A stretch of DNA of 64,000 nt from Candidatus Aminicenantes bacterium RBG_19FT_COMBO_65_30 (GTDB taxonomy: Bacteria > Acidobacteriota > Aminicenantia > Aminicenantales > Saccharicenantaceae). The DNA lies in NCBI GenBank assembly GCA_001775755.1, contig MEYF01000099.1:5739-69738 (forward strand), read 5' to 3'. Positions 17,419 to 26,985 of the stretch are shown here, one piece after another; within the stretch, counting starts at the first letter, position 1, and every line of letters starts with the position of its first letter. Below the pieces are notes generated by a model. That model had not been told where the DNA came from and made no database searches. It was given only the letters and a program-made list of their open reading frames with translations. The position numbers and the translations under genes were made by a program.

Positions 17419-18336
17419 ATGGCTGACGCGATCCGGATCGACAAGCTTCAGAAGACATTCCGGCTCGGCTTCATCCCTAAAACGCGGCCGATCCTCAAAG
17501 GCATCTCGTTCTCCGTCCGGGAGGGCGAGATCTTTGGTTACCTGGGGCCGAACGGCGCCGGGAAGACGACAACCATCAAGTGCCTCCTCGGGCTCATCCA
17601 CCCCGACGCCGGCACGATCGAGATCTTCGGCCGCTCCCACCTCTCCCCCCGCTCCCGCGAGCCGCTCGGGTTCCTGCCGGAAAATCCCTATTTCTACGAC
17701 TATCTCACGGCCAGGGAGTTCCTCGCCTTCACCGCCGACCTCTTCGGCCTCGCCCGGAAGGAGACGGGGGGCCGCATCGCCAGGCTCCTCAAGCTCGTCG
17801 GCCTCGAGCGGGCCGCGGATCTCCCGCTCCGGAAATTCTCCCGGGGCATGCTCCAGCGCGCCGGGCTGGCCCAGGCCCTGATCAACGACCCCAAGCTGGT
17901 CATTCTCGACGAGCCCCTGGGCGGCATGGACCCCCTCGGCCGCAAGGAGATCCGGGACATCATCGTCCGCTTCAAGGACGAGGGCAAGACCGTCTTCTTC
18001 ACCTCGCACATCCTCCAGGACATCGAGATGATCTGCGACCGCGTGGCCATCATCGTCGGCGGGCGCATCGTCAAGGAGGGCGCCCTGCGGGACCTCGTCT
18101 CGGAACGCGTCCTGTTCACCGAGGCGACGGTCTCCGGACTATTCCCGGACGCTTTCCGGGGCCTCGCCGAGAGCGTCTCCGTCCAGGGCGACAGGGTCCT
18201 GCTCAGGATCTTCGAAGAATCCAAGGTCGGCGAGGTCCTCGACCTCGTCCGCGCGCACAAGGGCCGGCTCGTCTCCCTCAGTCCGCGGACCGAGACGCTC
18301 GAGGACATCTTCGTCGAAACGGTGACGCGGACATGA
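17419..18336 (+). CDS. ABC transporter ATP-binding protein (ABC-2 exporter type)
   Basis: GPNGAGKTT Walker A, FSRGMLQR signature, ILDEPLGGMD Walker B. Confidence 0.9.
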   Translation: MADAIRIDKLQKTFRLGFIPKTRPILKGISFSVREGEIFGYLGPNGAGKTTTIKCLLGLIHPDAGTIEIFGRSHLSPRSREPLGFLPENPYFYDYLTAREFLAFTADLFGLARKETGGRIARLLKLVGLERAADLPLRKFSRGMLQRAGLAQALINDPKLVILDEPLGGMDPLGRKEIRDIIVRFKDEGKTVFFTSHILQDIEMICDRVAIIVGGRIVKEGALRDLVSERVLFTEATVSGLFPDAFRGLAESVSVQGDRVLLRIFEESKVGEVLDLVRAHKGRLVSLSPRTETLEDIFVETVTRT

Positions 18337-19097
18337 AGATCTGGGCCATCGCCGGGATCACGTTCAAGGAAGCCAAGCGCGACCGTATCCTCTATCTCCT
18401 CTTCTTCTTCGCGGCCCTCGGCATCGTCGCCTCCCGCGCCCTGGCCGTCCTCACGGTCGGCGACCGGGTCAAGATCATCAAGGATGTCGGCCTCGCCTCG
18501 ATCTCCGTCTTCGGCGTCCTCATGGCCATCCTCATCGGGACCGGGCTCGTCTACAAGGAGATCGACAAAAAGACGATCTTCACCCTGCTCGCCAAGCCCC
18601 TCCACCGGGCCGAATTCATCCTGGGCAAGTTCCTCGGCCTCGTCCTGACGCTGTTCGTCATGACCCTGGCCATGTCGCTGATCTTCCTGGCCATCGTTTA
18701 CGCCCACACGCTCAAGATCGAAGGGGTGCTCCTCGTCGCCGTCGGCTACATTTTCCTGGAGCTCGTCCTCATCACGGCGGTGGCCGTTCTCTTCTCCTCG
18801 TTCTCGACGCCCATCCTGAGCTCGCTCTTCGCCCTGGCCTTTTATCTCATCGGGCACCTGTCCTGGGGCCTGGAGCTCATCATCAAGAAAATGAGGCCGG
18901 GCGCGGGCAAGGCCCTCGTCCGAGCCCTCTACACCTTCCTGCCGGACCTCGAGAACTTCAACTTCAAGACGGAGGTCGTTCACGGTCTGCCCATCCCGCC
19001 GGGGATCTACGTCTCGGCGTTCCTCTACGGCGTCTGCTACACGGCCTTCATCCTCGGCCTGGCCGTCCTCGTTTTCAGGCGCCGGGACTTCATCTGA
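18333..19097 (+). CDS. ABC-2 family transporter permease
   Basis: MKIWAIAGITFKEAKRDRILYLLFFF... with 6 TM helices. ATGA overlap with the ATPase stop. It is the tail of the fused 17580..19097 track ORF. Confidence 0.85.
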   Translation: MKIWAIAGITFKEAKRDRILYLLFFFAALGIVASRALAVLTVGDRVKIIKDVGLASISVFGVLMAILIGTGLVYKEIDKKTIFTLLAKPLHRAEFILGKFLGLVLTLFVMTLAMSLIFLAIVYAHTLKIEGVLLVAVGYIFLELVLITAVAVLFSSFSTPILSSLFALAFYLIGHLSWGLELIIKKMRPGAGKALVRALYTFLPDLENFNFKTEVVHGLPIPPGIYVSAFLYGVCYTAFILGLAVLVFRRRDFI

Positions 19098-19124
19098 CCG
19101 GGCGGGCGTGCGACCGTATCAATC

Positions 19125-19991
19125 ATGGGCAAGAGAGTGTCCGCGAAAAAAGTCCCGGCGGCGCTCCTGCTCACCGTCTTCCTCGTAGCCACGGCGGCCG
19201 CCTTCATGGCCCTCAAGGTCGGGGCGGACAGGATCGTCCGGAAGAAGCTCCCCGGTTCGTCCATCATCTACATCCCGTCCGGCAAATTCCTGAAGTACGC
19301 GACCTTCGGCTACCGGTCCCTGGCCGCCGACGTCATCTTTCTCTGGGCCATCCAGTATTACACGACGCCGACGATCGACGACCGCTTCGACCACCTCGAC
19401 CACATCTTCTCCATCATCAACGAGCTCGACCCGCGCTACCAGGACCCCTACGAGGTCGGCGCCCTCATCGCCGTCCAGGAGGCCGGGGACACGCGGGCCG
19501 CCTTCGCCATCCTCGACCGGGGCGCCGCGAATAATCCGGACCAGTGGGTCTATCCGTTCAACGCCGGCCACGTGGCCATGATGACCCTCAAGGACTTCTC
19601 CCTGGCCGAGAAGTACTTCGAACAGTGCATGAAGATCCCCGGCGCCCCGGAGTTCGTCGAGAGGCTCCGGGCCAACGCCCTCTTCAAGAAGGGCGACCTG
19701 GAGACGTCGTGGGAGACCTGGCTCGACATCTATAACAGGGCCGCGGACGAAGAGATGAAAAAGATCGCCTCGAACCACCTCTACAATGTCAAGGCGACGA
19801 TCGACGCGGCCGCCCTCGAGGACGCGGCGGCGAAATACCGCGAGCGCTTCGGTCACTTGCCCGCGAGCCTCGAGACCCTCATCCGGACGGGCTTTCTCCG
19901 TGAAGTCCCGAAAGATCTCGACGGGAAGGACTACGTCTACGACCCGGTGACGGGGGACGTGAAAACGGTGGTCAGCCCGTGGCGACGTTGA
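19125..19991 (+). CDS. Hypothetical membrane-anchored protein (N-terminal TM helix; C-terminal motif reminiscent of pseudopilin C-termini)
   Basis: 288 aa. The C-terminus LETLIRTGFLREVPKDLDGKDYVYDPVTGDVKTV resembles the GspG-like YL..LPKDPWG..Y.Y pattern. There is no prepilin leader. The stop overlaps the pilD start. Confidence 0.55.
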   Translation: MGKRVSAKKVPAALLLTVFLVATAAAFMALKVGADRIVRKKLPGSSIIYIPSGKFLKYATFGYRSLAADVIFLWAIQYYTTPTIDDRFDHLDHIFSIINELDPRYQDPYEVGALIAVQEAGDTRAAFAILDRGAANNPDQWVYPFNAGHVAMMTLKDFSLAEKYFEQCMKIPGAPEFVERLRANALFKKGDLETSWETWLDIYNRAADEEMKKIASNHLYNVKATIDAAALEDAAAKYRERFGHLPASLETLIRTGFLREVPKDLDGKDYVYDPVTGDVKTVVSPWRR

Positions 19992-20749
19992 TGGTCATCA
20001 TCATCGCGGTCTTCGGCCTCGTCTTCGGCAGCTTTCTCAACGTCGTCATCTACCGCCTGCCGCGGCGGATGAGCCTGATGCGGCCGCCGTCGTCATGCCC
20101 GGGGTGCGGCGCCCGGATCAAGCCCTACGACAACGTCCCCGTCCTGTCTTATCTCCTCCTCGGCGGGAAATGCCGCAGGTGCGGGCGGAAGATATCGCCC
20201 CTCTACCCGGCCGTTGAAGCCCTGACGGGGCTCGGGTTCGTCCTCGTCTACTTGAACGCCGGACGCGCGCTCGGCCTCGAGCTCATCGCCGGCTGCGTGT
20301 TCACGAGCGCCCTCATCGCCCTGGGCTTCATCGATTACCATCACCAGATCCTGCCCGACGTCATCACCCTGCCCGGGCTCGTCCTCGCCCTCGCCTACGC
20401 CTTCTTCAGGGACGACCTGACCTTCCGCGGCGCGCTCCTCGGGGCCGTCGCCGGAGCCGGGTTCCTGATCCTCGTCTACGGGGCCTACTTCCTCGTCCGC
20501 AAAAAAGAGGGCTTGGGCATGGGCGACGTGACCATGCTGCTCATGGTCGGGGCCTACCTCGGCCTGATGCGGACACTCCTGACCCTCATCCTGGCGTCGT
20601 TCGTCGGCGCCCTCGTCGGCGTCTACTTCATCCTCCGCCGGGGCAAGGATTTCCAGTTCGCCCTGCCCTTCGGGACGTTCATCGCCCCGGCGGCCTTCGT
20701 GGCCATGCTCTGGGGAGAGCGGATCGTCCGCGCCTATTTGGGCCTTTAG
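19991..20749 (+). CDS. pilD: Prepilin peptidase (A24 family, PilD/GspO)
   Basis: FGSFLNVVIYRLP, CPGCGARIKPYDNVPVLSYLLLGGKCRRCGRKI zinc-binding motif, and 8 TM helices. A GTG at 19979 is an alternative start. Confidence 0.85.
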   Translation: MVIIIAVFGLVFGSFLNVVIYRLPRRMSLMRPPSSCPGCGARIKPYDNVPVLSYLLLGGKCRRCGRKISPLYPAVEALTGLGFVLVYLNAGRALGLELIAGCVFTSALIALGFIDYHHQILPDVITLPGLVLALAYAFFRDDLTFRGALLGAVAGAGFLILVYGAYFLVRKKEGLGMGDVTMLLMVGAYLGLMRTLLTLILASFVGALVGVYFILRRGKDFQFALPFGTFIAPAAFVAMLWGERIVRAYLGL

Positions 20750-22199
20750 AAGCGCGGGTTCTCGAGACCCGGCGCGGTCGCCGGCGCCCGCCGCCCCGCT
20801 TCAGCCTGATCGAGAAGACCCATTCCGTCGTTCCGGTGATCTGATATTTATCGCCGACGGGAAGCCCAGGCACCCAGACGATCTCGCCCCGGGAAAGGAC
20901 GACGGGCAGACGGTCCCTTTCCGCGGCCGGGATGCCCTTGGCCCGGAGGATCTCTTTGATTTTTTTCCGTCCCGGCGCGCCGAACGGACGGTAGATGTCG
21001 CCCGGCCTTCGGTTCCTGACGACGAGCGGGAACTCGAGCCCGGCCGCGTCGAGGTCGGCGCCGGTCCGGTCGTCGTTCCTGAAGGACCGGCGTCCCCGGT
21101 CCGCTTTTTGGCGAAGGCCCTTGAAGGCCAGGCCCGCCTCGGGGAGGACGAGCTCGCCCCGTCCGTCCCAGCGGACCTCGTACGACTTGGCCGGCGGCGT
21201 CCGCTTTTTAAGACCGGCCAGGCCCGCCTCCCGCCGCAGGACGAGCCCTTTCCGAAGCGGCAGGTCCTTCGCCTCGCCGAGCGCGACGAGCGCCTCCACG
21301 TCTTCGTAGGAGACGTCCCGGAGGTCGCCCAAGAGCTCCCGGAGGTACTCGCGGGCGACGCGTCGGGCCAGGGCGGGCGGGAGGAGGGGCAGGATTTTCA
21401 AGTCCAGAGAAACGTGGCGGCCCTTCCTGAGGATGAACTCGTCGGCCAGCTCACGGACGAACCCGCCGAGGAGCTCGTCCTCCTCCCGGGCGATCGAGGC
21501 CAGCCGGGCGACGTGGGCGACGGCCTGAGGCTCGTAGCGGCTCTCGAGCTCCGGCAGGAGCTCGGCCCGGACGCGGTTGCGGAGGTAGCGGCGGTCGCGG
21601 TTCGACGCGTCCTCGCGGAAAGGGATGCCTTCGGCCTCGAGCCAGGCGCGAAGATCAGGCCCGGGGATCCCGAGGAGCGGCCGGACGACCGGGCAGGGAT
21701 CGCCGGCGACGACGGGGGCGATCCCGGCCAGCCCGGCGAGTCCCGTCCCCCGCATGAGGCGCATGAGGACGGTTTCGGCCTGGTCGGTCATGGTGTGACC
21801 CGTGGCGATCTTGGTCGCCCCCACGGCCGAAGCGGCCCGGCGCAGGAAGCCGTAGCGAAGATCGCGTCCGGCCTCCTCGAGGTTGAGCCTTTTTTTGGCC
21901 GCGAAAGACCTGACGTCGGCCGACCCCGCGGCGAGCGGAAGGACCCAGCGCCGGGCGAGGTTCCGGACGAAGCGTTCGTCCTCGTCGGCCTCGTCCCTCA
22001 GCCGGTGGTTGAAATGGGCCAGGCGGATTTCGAGGGGCATCTCCCCGCGGAGCTTCAGGAGCAGGGCGACGAGGGCAACCGAATCGGGACCGCCGGACAA
22101 GGCCGCGAGGACGCGATCGCCGGGGACGATCATCCGCTGTTCGAGAATCGTCTTCTTGAAAACCGTGAAAATGCGGGCCGCGATTTTTTTGGGTGCCAT
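20679..22199 (-). CDS. tilS: tRNA(Ile)-lysidine synthetase TilS
   Basis: PP-loop ALSGGPDSVAL. 506 aa with a C-terminal substrate-binding domain; the Arg-rich C-terminal tail overlaps the pilD end. Confidence 0.8.
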   Translation of the reverse strand: MAPKKIAARIFTVFKKTILEQRMIVPGDRVLAALSGGPDSVALVALLLKLRGEMPLEIRLAHFNHRLRDEADEDERFVRNLARRWVLPLAAGSADVRSFAAKKRLNLEEAGRDLRYGFLRRAASAVGATKIATGHTMTDQAETVLMRLMRGTGLAGLAGIAPVVAGDPCPVVRPLLGIPGPDLRAWLEAEGIPFREDASNRDRRYLRNRVRAELLPELESRYEPQAVAHVARLASIAREEDELLGGFVRELADEFILRKGRHVSLDLKILPLLPPALARRVAREYLRELLGDLRDVSYEDVEALVALGEAKDLPLRKGLVLRREAGLAGLKKRTPPAKSYEVRWDGRGELVLPEAGLAFKGLRQKADRGRRSFRNDDRTGADLDAAGLEFPLVVRNRRPGDIYRPFGAPGRKKIKEILRAKGIPAAERDRLPVVLSRGEIVWVPGLPVGDKYQITGTTEWVFSIRLKRGGGRRRPRRVSRTRASKGPNRRGRSALPRAWPRRPPGR

Positions 22200-22237
22200 C
22201 GTCGCGTTCAGGTCATGAGGGCAAGAACTCGGAGAAA

Positions 22238-22311
22238 TGGCGGCGGAGGGATTTGAACCCCCGACTCTGCGGATATGAGCCGCATGCTCTGACCAACTGA
22301 GCTACGCCGCC
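22238..22311 (-). tRNA. tRNA with anticodon CAT (elongator Met, or the lysidine-modified tRNA-Ile2); 74 nt, no encoded CCA
   Basis: Manual fold of GGCGGCGTAGCTCAGTTGGTCAGAGCATGCGGCTCATATCCGCAGAGTCGGGGGTTCAAATCCCTCCGCCGCCA gives a 7-bp acceptor stem with G1-C72, a D-arm, anticodon loop CTCATAT and a T-arm GGGGG/CCCTC. Confidence 0.85.
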
Positions 22312-22451
22312 AGGGTGCAAGAAATTCTAGCGGAATCGACCCTCGAAGTCAACGAAGGCGGCGCGGGGCGACGTACGGATGGCCCTCGGCTTCTGTGCTC
22401 GTCGCACACCGCGAATCAAGAATCCCGACATCACATGAAAAGGAAATGGCG

Positions 22452-23666
22452 CTACTGGCAGAGAGCGGCCTCGGTCTCCTTCTTAAAGGAGAAGCGGCCG
22501 TCGCGGAAGAGCTTGATGCAGGCGTCGACGACGCGGGTGTCGTAGCGGATGCCCCGGCCCTTCCGGATCTCCTCGAGGCCTTTCTCGAGCCCGAGGGCCG
22601 GGCGGTAGGGCCTCAGGGCGCAAACGGCCTCGACGACATCGGCCACGGCCAGGATCCTGGCCTCTGGCAGGATAGCGTCGCCGACGAGCCCTTCGGGATA
22701 GCCCGAACCGTCCAGCCTCTCGTGGTGCTGGAGGATGATGTGGGCCAAGGGCCAGGGGAAGGCGATGTTTTTGATCATTTCGTAGCCGACCCGGGGATGC
22801 TCCTTGATGAGCTGGAATTCCGTCTTCGTCAAGCGGCAGGGCTTGGTCATGATCTCGACCGGCGCCGCGATCTTGCCGATGTCGTGGATGATCCCGGCGA
22901 ACCGGAGCCCCTCGATCTTCTCCCAGGCCAGGTTCATCTCCTGGGCAATGGCCACGGCCAGGCTGGAGACCCGGTGCTGGTGCCCGGCCATATAGGGGTC
23001 CTTCAGCTCGAGGGTCATGGACATGGCCCGGAAGGTCCCCTCAAGGGATCGTTCCAGCCGGTCGAGTGTGCTCTGGAGGTAGTCCTCCGAGCGGCGCGTC
23101 TCCAGGACCTTGCCGTGGAGCTCGTCGTTCGCCCGGGAGAGCTCCGCGGTCCTCTTGTCGACGAGGTGGTCGATCTCGATTCGGGCCAGCCGCAGCTCCC
23201 TCTCGATGCGGACGCGCTCGGCGGAGTCCTTGTCTAATTGCACGGCCCGCTTCGCGGCATCGTCCGCGAGGAAACGGTTGCGGCGCTCCAGGTCCCGGAA
23301 GGTCTTCTCCAGGCCGTCGACCATGGCGTTGAAGGTCCTGGCCAGCAGACCGGCCTCGTCCCGGCCGTAGATCCGGGCGCGCTGCGTGAGGTCGCCGTTG
23401 GCCAGTCTCTCCGCCGTCCTCGTCATTTGGACGAGAGGCCGGGTGACCATGCCGCCGATGAGGTGGACGAGGAGTCCGCCAAGGATCAAGGCGATGAGCG
23501 CCGCGAGGAGCATGGCCCCGCTGGGCTTGCTCAGGGTCAGGAACAAGCCAAGGTAGCAAGCCATCAGGACGCCGAAGAGGAGGAAGAGCTTGGTCCGGAT
23601 CCTGCGCGGGCCGAGGTTCGCGAGCGGGCCGCTGAGGTTTGGGTTTTCCTGGGTGCTGCGGCTCAT
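22452..23666 (-). CDS. Membrane-anchored HAMP-domain HD-GYP phosphodiesterase (c-di-GMP)
   Basis: N-terminal TM helices, a HAMP-like helix, HDIGK and HHERLDGSGYP motifs. Confidence 0.85.
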   Translation of the reverse strand: MSRSTQENPNLSGPLANLGPRRIRTKLFLLFGVLMACYLGLFLTLSKPSGAMLLAALIALILGGLLVHLIGGMVTRPLVQMTRTAERLANGDLTQRARIYGRDEAGLLARTFNAMVDGLEKTFRDLERRNRFLADDAAKRAVQLDKDSAERVRIERELRLARIEIDHLVDKRTAELSRANDELHGKVLETRRSEDYLQSTLDRLERSLEGTFRAMSMTLELKDPYMAGHQHRVSSLAVAIAQEMNLAWEKIEGLRFAGIIHDIGKIAAPVEIMTKPCRLTKTEFQLIKEHPRVGYEMIKNIAFPWPLAHIILQHHERLDGSGYPEGLVGDAILPEARILAVADVVEAVCALRPYRPALGLEKGLEEIRKGRGIRYDTRVVDACIKLFRDGRFSFKKETEAALCQ

Positions 23667-23809
23667 CGCGATATCCGGGGCTGTCCTTTTATCCCTTCTA
23701 GATTAGCGGAATGCTCAGGGCGGACAATACTCTTTGGGGGTGATTTTGTGGGGTGACGTTTCACCCCCAGAGGGGGGGAGGGGTGAGGAGCGGGCCGGGC
23801 CCGCGGCCG

Positions 23810-25132
23810 TCACCAGCGCTTGGCTTTTTGGGGCTCCATGCGGCGGAGGTCGAGGCCGCGCTCGACGGCGCCGATCCTATAGAGACAGATCTCGCGGAGA
23901 GACGACGGGTGGTGGAGGACCTCGGAGAGCGACTGCGCCCCGACCGCCCAGACGCCTCCTCCCCTGACGACGGCGACCTTGTAGTCGTGGAGAGAGCGGA
24001 CGAGTTCGCCGGCCGAAACGTCCGGCGGCAGGATGGGGATGACGAGGTAGAGGAACGACCCCTCGGCGTCCACGGGGATGATGCGGTCGGCCGGCGCCGA
24101 TTCGCCGGGATAGACATAATGGGCCGAGGCTTCGGCTTCCGGGATGTGGCAGTGCATGACGGTCTGGAAGTCGCTCGCCGCGTAGATGGCCTTGTGGAGC
24201 GCCGTCTCCGCGTCGTCGGCCGGGCCCACGGCGAGAGGGACGCTGAGCAAGGGCCCGCCCACGTCCCGCGGCATCGAGGCCTTGGGCGCGTAGAGCACCG
24301 TATCGACGCCGCGGACCGACATCGAGCCCGTGTGGAAGGGTGAGAGGCGGGATTCGAAGATCCGGTGGCCCGCCTTGACGAATTCCTTGAGGATCTCCTC
24401 CTCCTCCCGGAAATCCGAGCGGTCATCGCCCTCGATGTCGTACGCCGGCGGCGGGAAAGCGAAAGCGCGTCCGGGGTCGGCCGCGACCGCGCGCCGGACG
24501 GCGCCGACGTCGACGCGAAGCTTCTCCATCGCCCGGACGACCGCCCCGGCGTTGTTGCCGACGCAGAGCCGGAAGAACGCCTCCCGGAGGCTCCTGCCCT
24601 TGGCCATGGCGCCGTGCCCGAAGATGATGGTCAGGGGATGGCCGGCCAGCCGCTCGGGGATCGTCCGGGCCAACTCGGGAGAGCCGCTCGGCACGGCGAA
24701 CCAATCGACCGGGATGCCGCCGCCGAGGTGGTGCCAGGCGAGCGGGTCGACGGGAACGAAATCCGGCGGTTTCCCCGGCTTGGGCGCGTCATCGAGCGTC
24801 GCCAGGATGAGGTCCTTGACGTGGGCGTGCATCGAGGCCCGGACGCCCGGCAGTTGGAGGACCCGGGCGTGGATATCGGTCTCCGAGGACGCCTTGTAGT
24901 AACCGTAATCGGTCTCCGTGGCCGAGAGGAAGCAGATCTGGCTCGGCTCGAGGTCGCCCTTCTGCGAGCCCGTGGCCGTGATGACGATCTCGTCCTCGCC
25001 GCGCTCGCTCGTCCGGCGGACGGCCATGTTCCCGCTGTGGCTGTCCTGGACGTCGTAGAGGAGGGAGGCCCGTCCCAATGCCTGGAACTCGCGAAAGAGC
25101 TCCCCTGTCGCCTGCCATTTTTGGGCGCTCAT
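23810..25132 (-). CDS. Tandem class II aldolase/adducin-domain protein
   Basis: Two aldolase_II-like halves (ITATGSQKGDL... and FHTGSMSVRG...). The start is at Met 25132 with an ATGA overlap onto the AOR stop. Confidence 0.65.
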   Translation of the reverse strand: MSAQKWQATGELFREFQALGRASLLYDVQDSHSGNMAVRRTSERGEDEIVITATGSQKGDLEPSQICFLSATETDYGYYKASSETDIHARVLQLPGVRASMHAHVKDLILATLDDAPKPGKPPDFVPVDPLAWHHLGGGIPVDWFAVPSGSPELARTIPERLAGHPLTIIFGHGAMAKGRSLREAFFRLCVGNNAGAVVRAMEKLRVDVGAVRRAVAADPGRAFAFPPPAYDIEGDDRSDFREEEEILKEFVKAGHRIFESRLSPFHTGSMSVRGVDTVLYAPKASMPRDVGGPLLSVPLAVGPADDAETALHKAIYAASDFQTVMHCHIPEAEASAHYVYPGESAPADRIIPVDAEGSFLYLVIPILPPDVSAGELVRSLHDYKVAVVRGGGVWAVGAQSLSEVLHHPSSLREICLYRIGAVERGLDLRRMEPQKAKRW

Positions 25133-26985
25133 CTCTTGCTCTCCTCGACCCGCAGGGACCGGAGCAGTTCGGGCGTCGGCCGGCCGGCGGCGTCCCAACC
25201 TCGGACCCGGTAGTAATCCTGTTTCATGCGCTCCTGGTCCTGCCGCGAGACGCGGCGCTCCTTCCCTTCGACGACGATGGGGACCTCGGCGAAACGGGCG
25301 GGAAGGGCGTCGTCTTCCGCCGTCGCGCCGGCTTCGACGTTGAACAGCCGTTCGAGGGCCGCGACGCGGTTCTCGACCTCCTCGAGCCGAGCGACCGAGA
25401 AGTCTCGGCCGGTGACACCGCTGACCATCCGGGCCCAGGGGTCGGAGGAGAACGCGTAACCGGTGAAGCGGCAGACACCCAGGCTGTCCTGGAGGATGCC
25501 GACGTTCTGCATGTTCCGTATGGCGATCGGCGACTGGAGGAGGCTGAAACGGGGGATCTCCTTGGCCCCGCCGAAGAAGGCCAGGGAAACGGCGTAGCCG
25601 CCCCGCAAGTGGCAGGCTCCCGTGGGCGAGGTCATGTAGCCGAGGGCCTGGGTGTAGGAGGCCCGCGGGTCATAGGCCGGGATCTCCAGCCGCTTGACCG
25701 TCATCGAGAATTCGGGGCGTCCGTAATGAGCGGCCAGCCGGTAGGAGCCTTCGGCCAGGCGGGCGCCGAGGCCTTCCCGGCGCGCCGTCATCGCGGCCAG
25801 GGATTCGAGGGCTTCCCCGCTGCCGAAGGAGAGGTCGAGCCCGCCCGCTTCCGCGCGTCCGATGAGGCCGCTTTCGGCGAGCTCCATGGCGCAAGCGACC
25901 GTCCCACCGTAGCTCATCGTGTCCAGGCCGAGCTCGTTGGCGCGGTAATTGGCCCGGGTGATCGCGGCGATGTCGTAGATGCCGCAGAGCGGGCCCATGA
26001 GGACCATCGTCTCGTATTCCGGGCCCTCCCCGCGCTCCTCCCTCCCGTCACGCCCGGCAACGCGCGTGTGCCGCTGACAGCCGATCGGGCAGAGATAACA
26101 GGAGCCGGCCTTTTCGAGCAGGGTCTTGGCCAAGGTTTCCCCGGAAATCCTCTCGACGTCCTCGTCGCGATGGAGGCAATCCTGGAAGTTCTTGTGGGGG
26201 AGCATGGCGATGAGGTTGATCAATTCGACGAGTCCGGCCGTGCCCAGGTCCCGGAGGAGGCGCTTCGTGACCGGGGCTTGCTTCATGAGATAGAGGGCCT
26301 GGTCGAGGCCGGACTGGTATTTTTCCCTGTCGGCGATACCGATTTTCTCCTTGCCCCGGACCCGGACGGCCTTGAGCTTCTTGCTGCCCCAGACGGCGCC
26401 GGGGCCGCACCGCCCATAGACGCGGTCCCGGTCGTTGGCGACCGCGGCAAAGCGGACGAGGTTCTCCCCCGCCGGCCCGATGCACAGGACCCGGGCCGGG
26501 TTTCCCGGCTCGGACACCGCGGATAGGACGTCGTTCGTCTCGTGGGTCGTCTTGCCCCAGACATGGTCCGCGGGCAGGATTTCGGCTCGTCCCGGTGAGA
26601 TATCGATCATCACCGGGGTCGCGGACGCGCCCTTGACGACGAGGACGTCGAAGCCCGCGGCTTTGAAGGCCGCGCCCCACGTCCCGCCGGAGTTGGACGT
26701 CCCCAGGACGCCGGTGAGCGGCGATTTGAAGGCCATGTGGCCGCGGCCGGCCGTCGGGGCGTTCGAGCCGACGAGCGGCGAGGCGGCGATGACGAAGGCG
26801 TTGTCGGGGCCGAGCGGGTCGCAGGCCGGGTCGATCATGTCGTAAAGGACGCGTGTCGCCAAACCCCGGCCGCCGAGATAGTCGAGGGCCGCGTTGGGAT
26901 CGAGCGGCTCGGTTCGCGCCTCTCCCCGGCCGAGGTCGGCGACGAGGACCCGGCCGTGGTATCCGGAGATCGGGAATTCAGCCAT
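25129..26985 (-). CDS. aor: Aldehyde:ferredoxin oxidoreductase (tungsten-containing AOR family)
   Basis: 618 aa. AOR N-terminal domain, a Cys cluster AGSCYLCPIGC, and family-typical EYETMVLMGPLCG. Confidence 0.85.
   Translation of the reverse strand: MAEFPISGYHGRVLVADLGRGEARTEPLDPNAALDYLGGRGLATRVLYDMIDPACDPLGPDNAFVIAASPLVGSNAPTAGRGHMAFKSPLTGVLGTSNSGGTWGAAFKAAGFDVLVVKGASATPVMIDISPGRAEILPADHVWGKTTHETNDVLSAVSEPGNPARVLCIGPAGENLVRFAAVANDRDRVYGRCGPGAVWGSKKLKAVRVRGKEKIGIADREKYQSGLDQALYLMKQAPVTKRLLRDLGTAGLVELINLIAMLPHKNFQDCLHRDEDVERISGETLAKTLLEKAGSCYLCPIGCQRHTRVAGRDGREERGEGPEYETMVLMGPLCGIYDIAAITRANYRANELGLDTMSYGGTVACAMELAESGLIGRAEAGGLDLSFGSGEALESLAAMTARREGLGARLAEGSYRLAAHYGRPEFSMTVKRLEIPAYDPRASYTQALGYMTSPTGACHLRGGYAVSLAFFGGAKEIPRFSLLQSPIAIRNMQNVGILQDSLGVCRFTGYAFSSDPWARMVSGVTGRDFSVARLEEVENRVAALERLFNVEAGATAEDDALPARFAEVPIVVEGKERRVSRQDQERMKQDYYRVRGWDAAGRPTPELLRSLRVEESKR

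Noticed and set aside
22312-22451. Possible additional tRNA or sRNA between the tRNA-CAT and the HD-GYP gene
   Set aside because: I could not fold a cloverleaf. The region is most simply the tRNA promoter plus the HD-GYP gene 3' flank.
23735-23760. Hairpin ggggtga-cgtt-tcacccc downstream of the aldolase gene as a terminator
   Set aside because: It lacks a U-tract on the relevant (minus) strand, so I did not call it as a feature.
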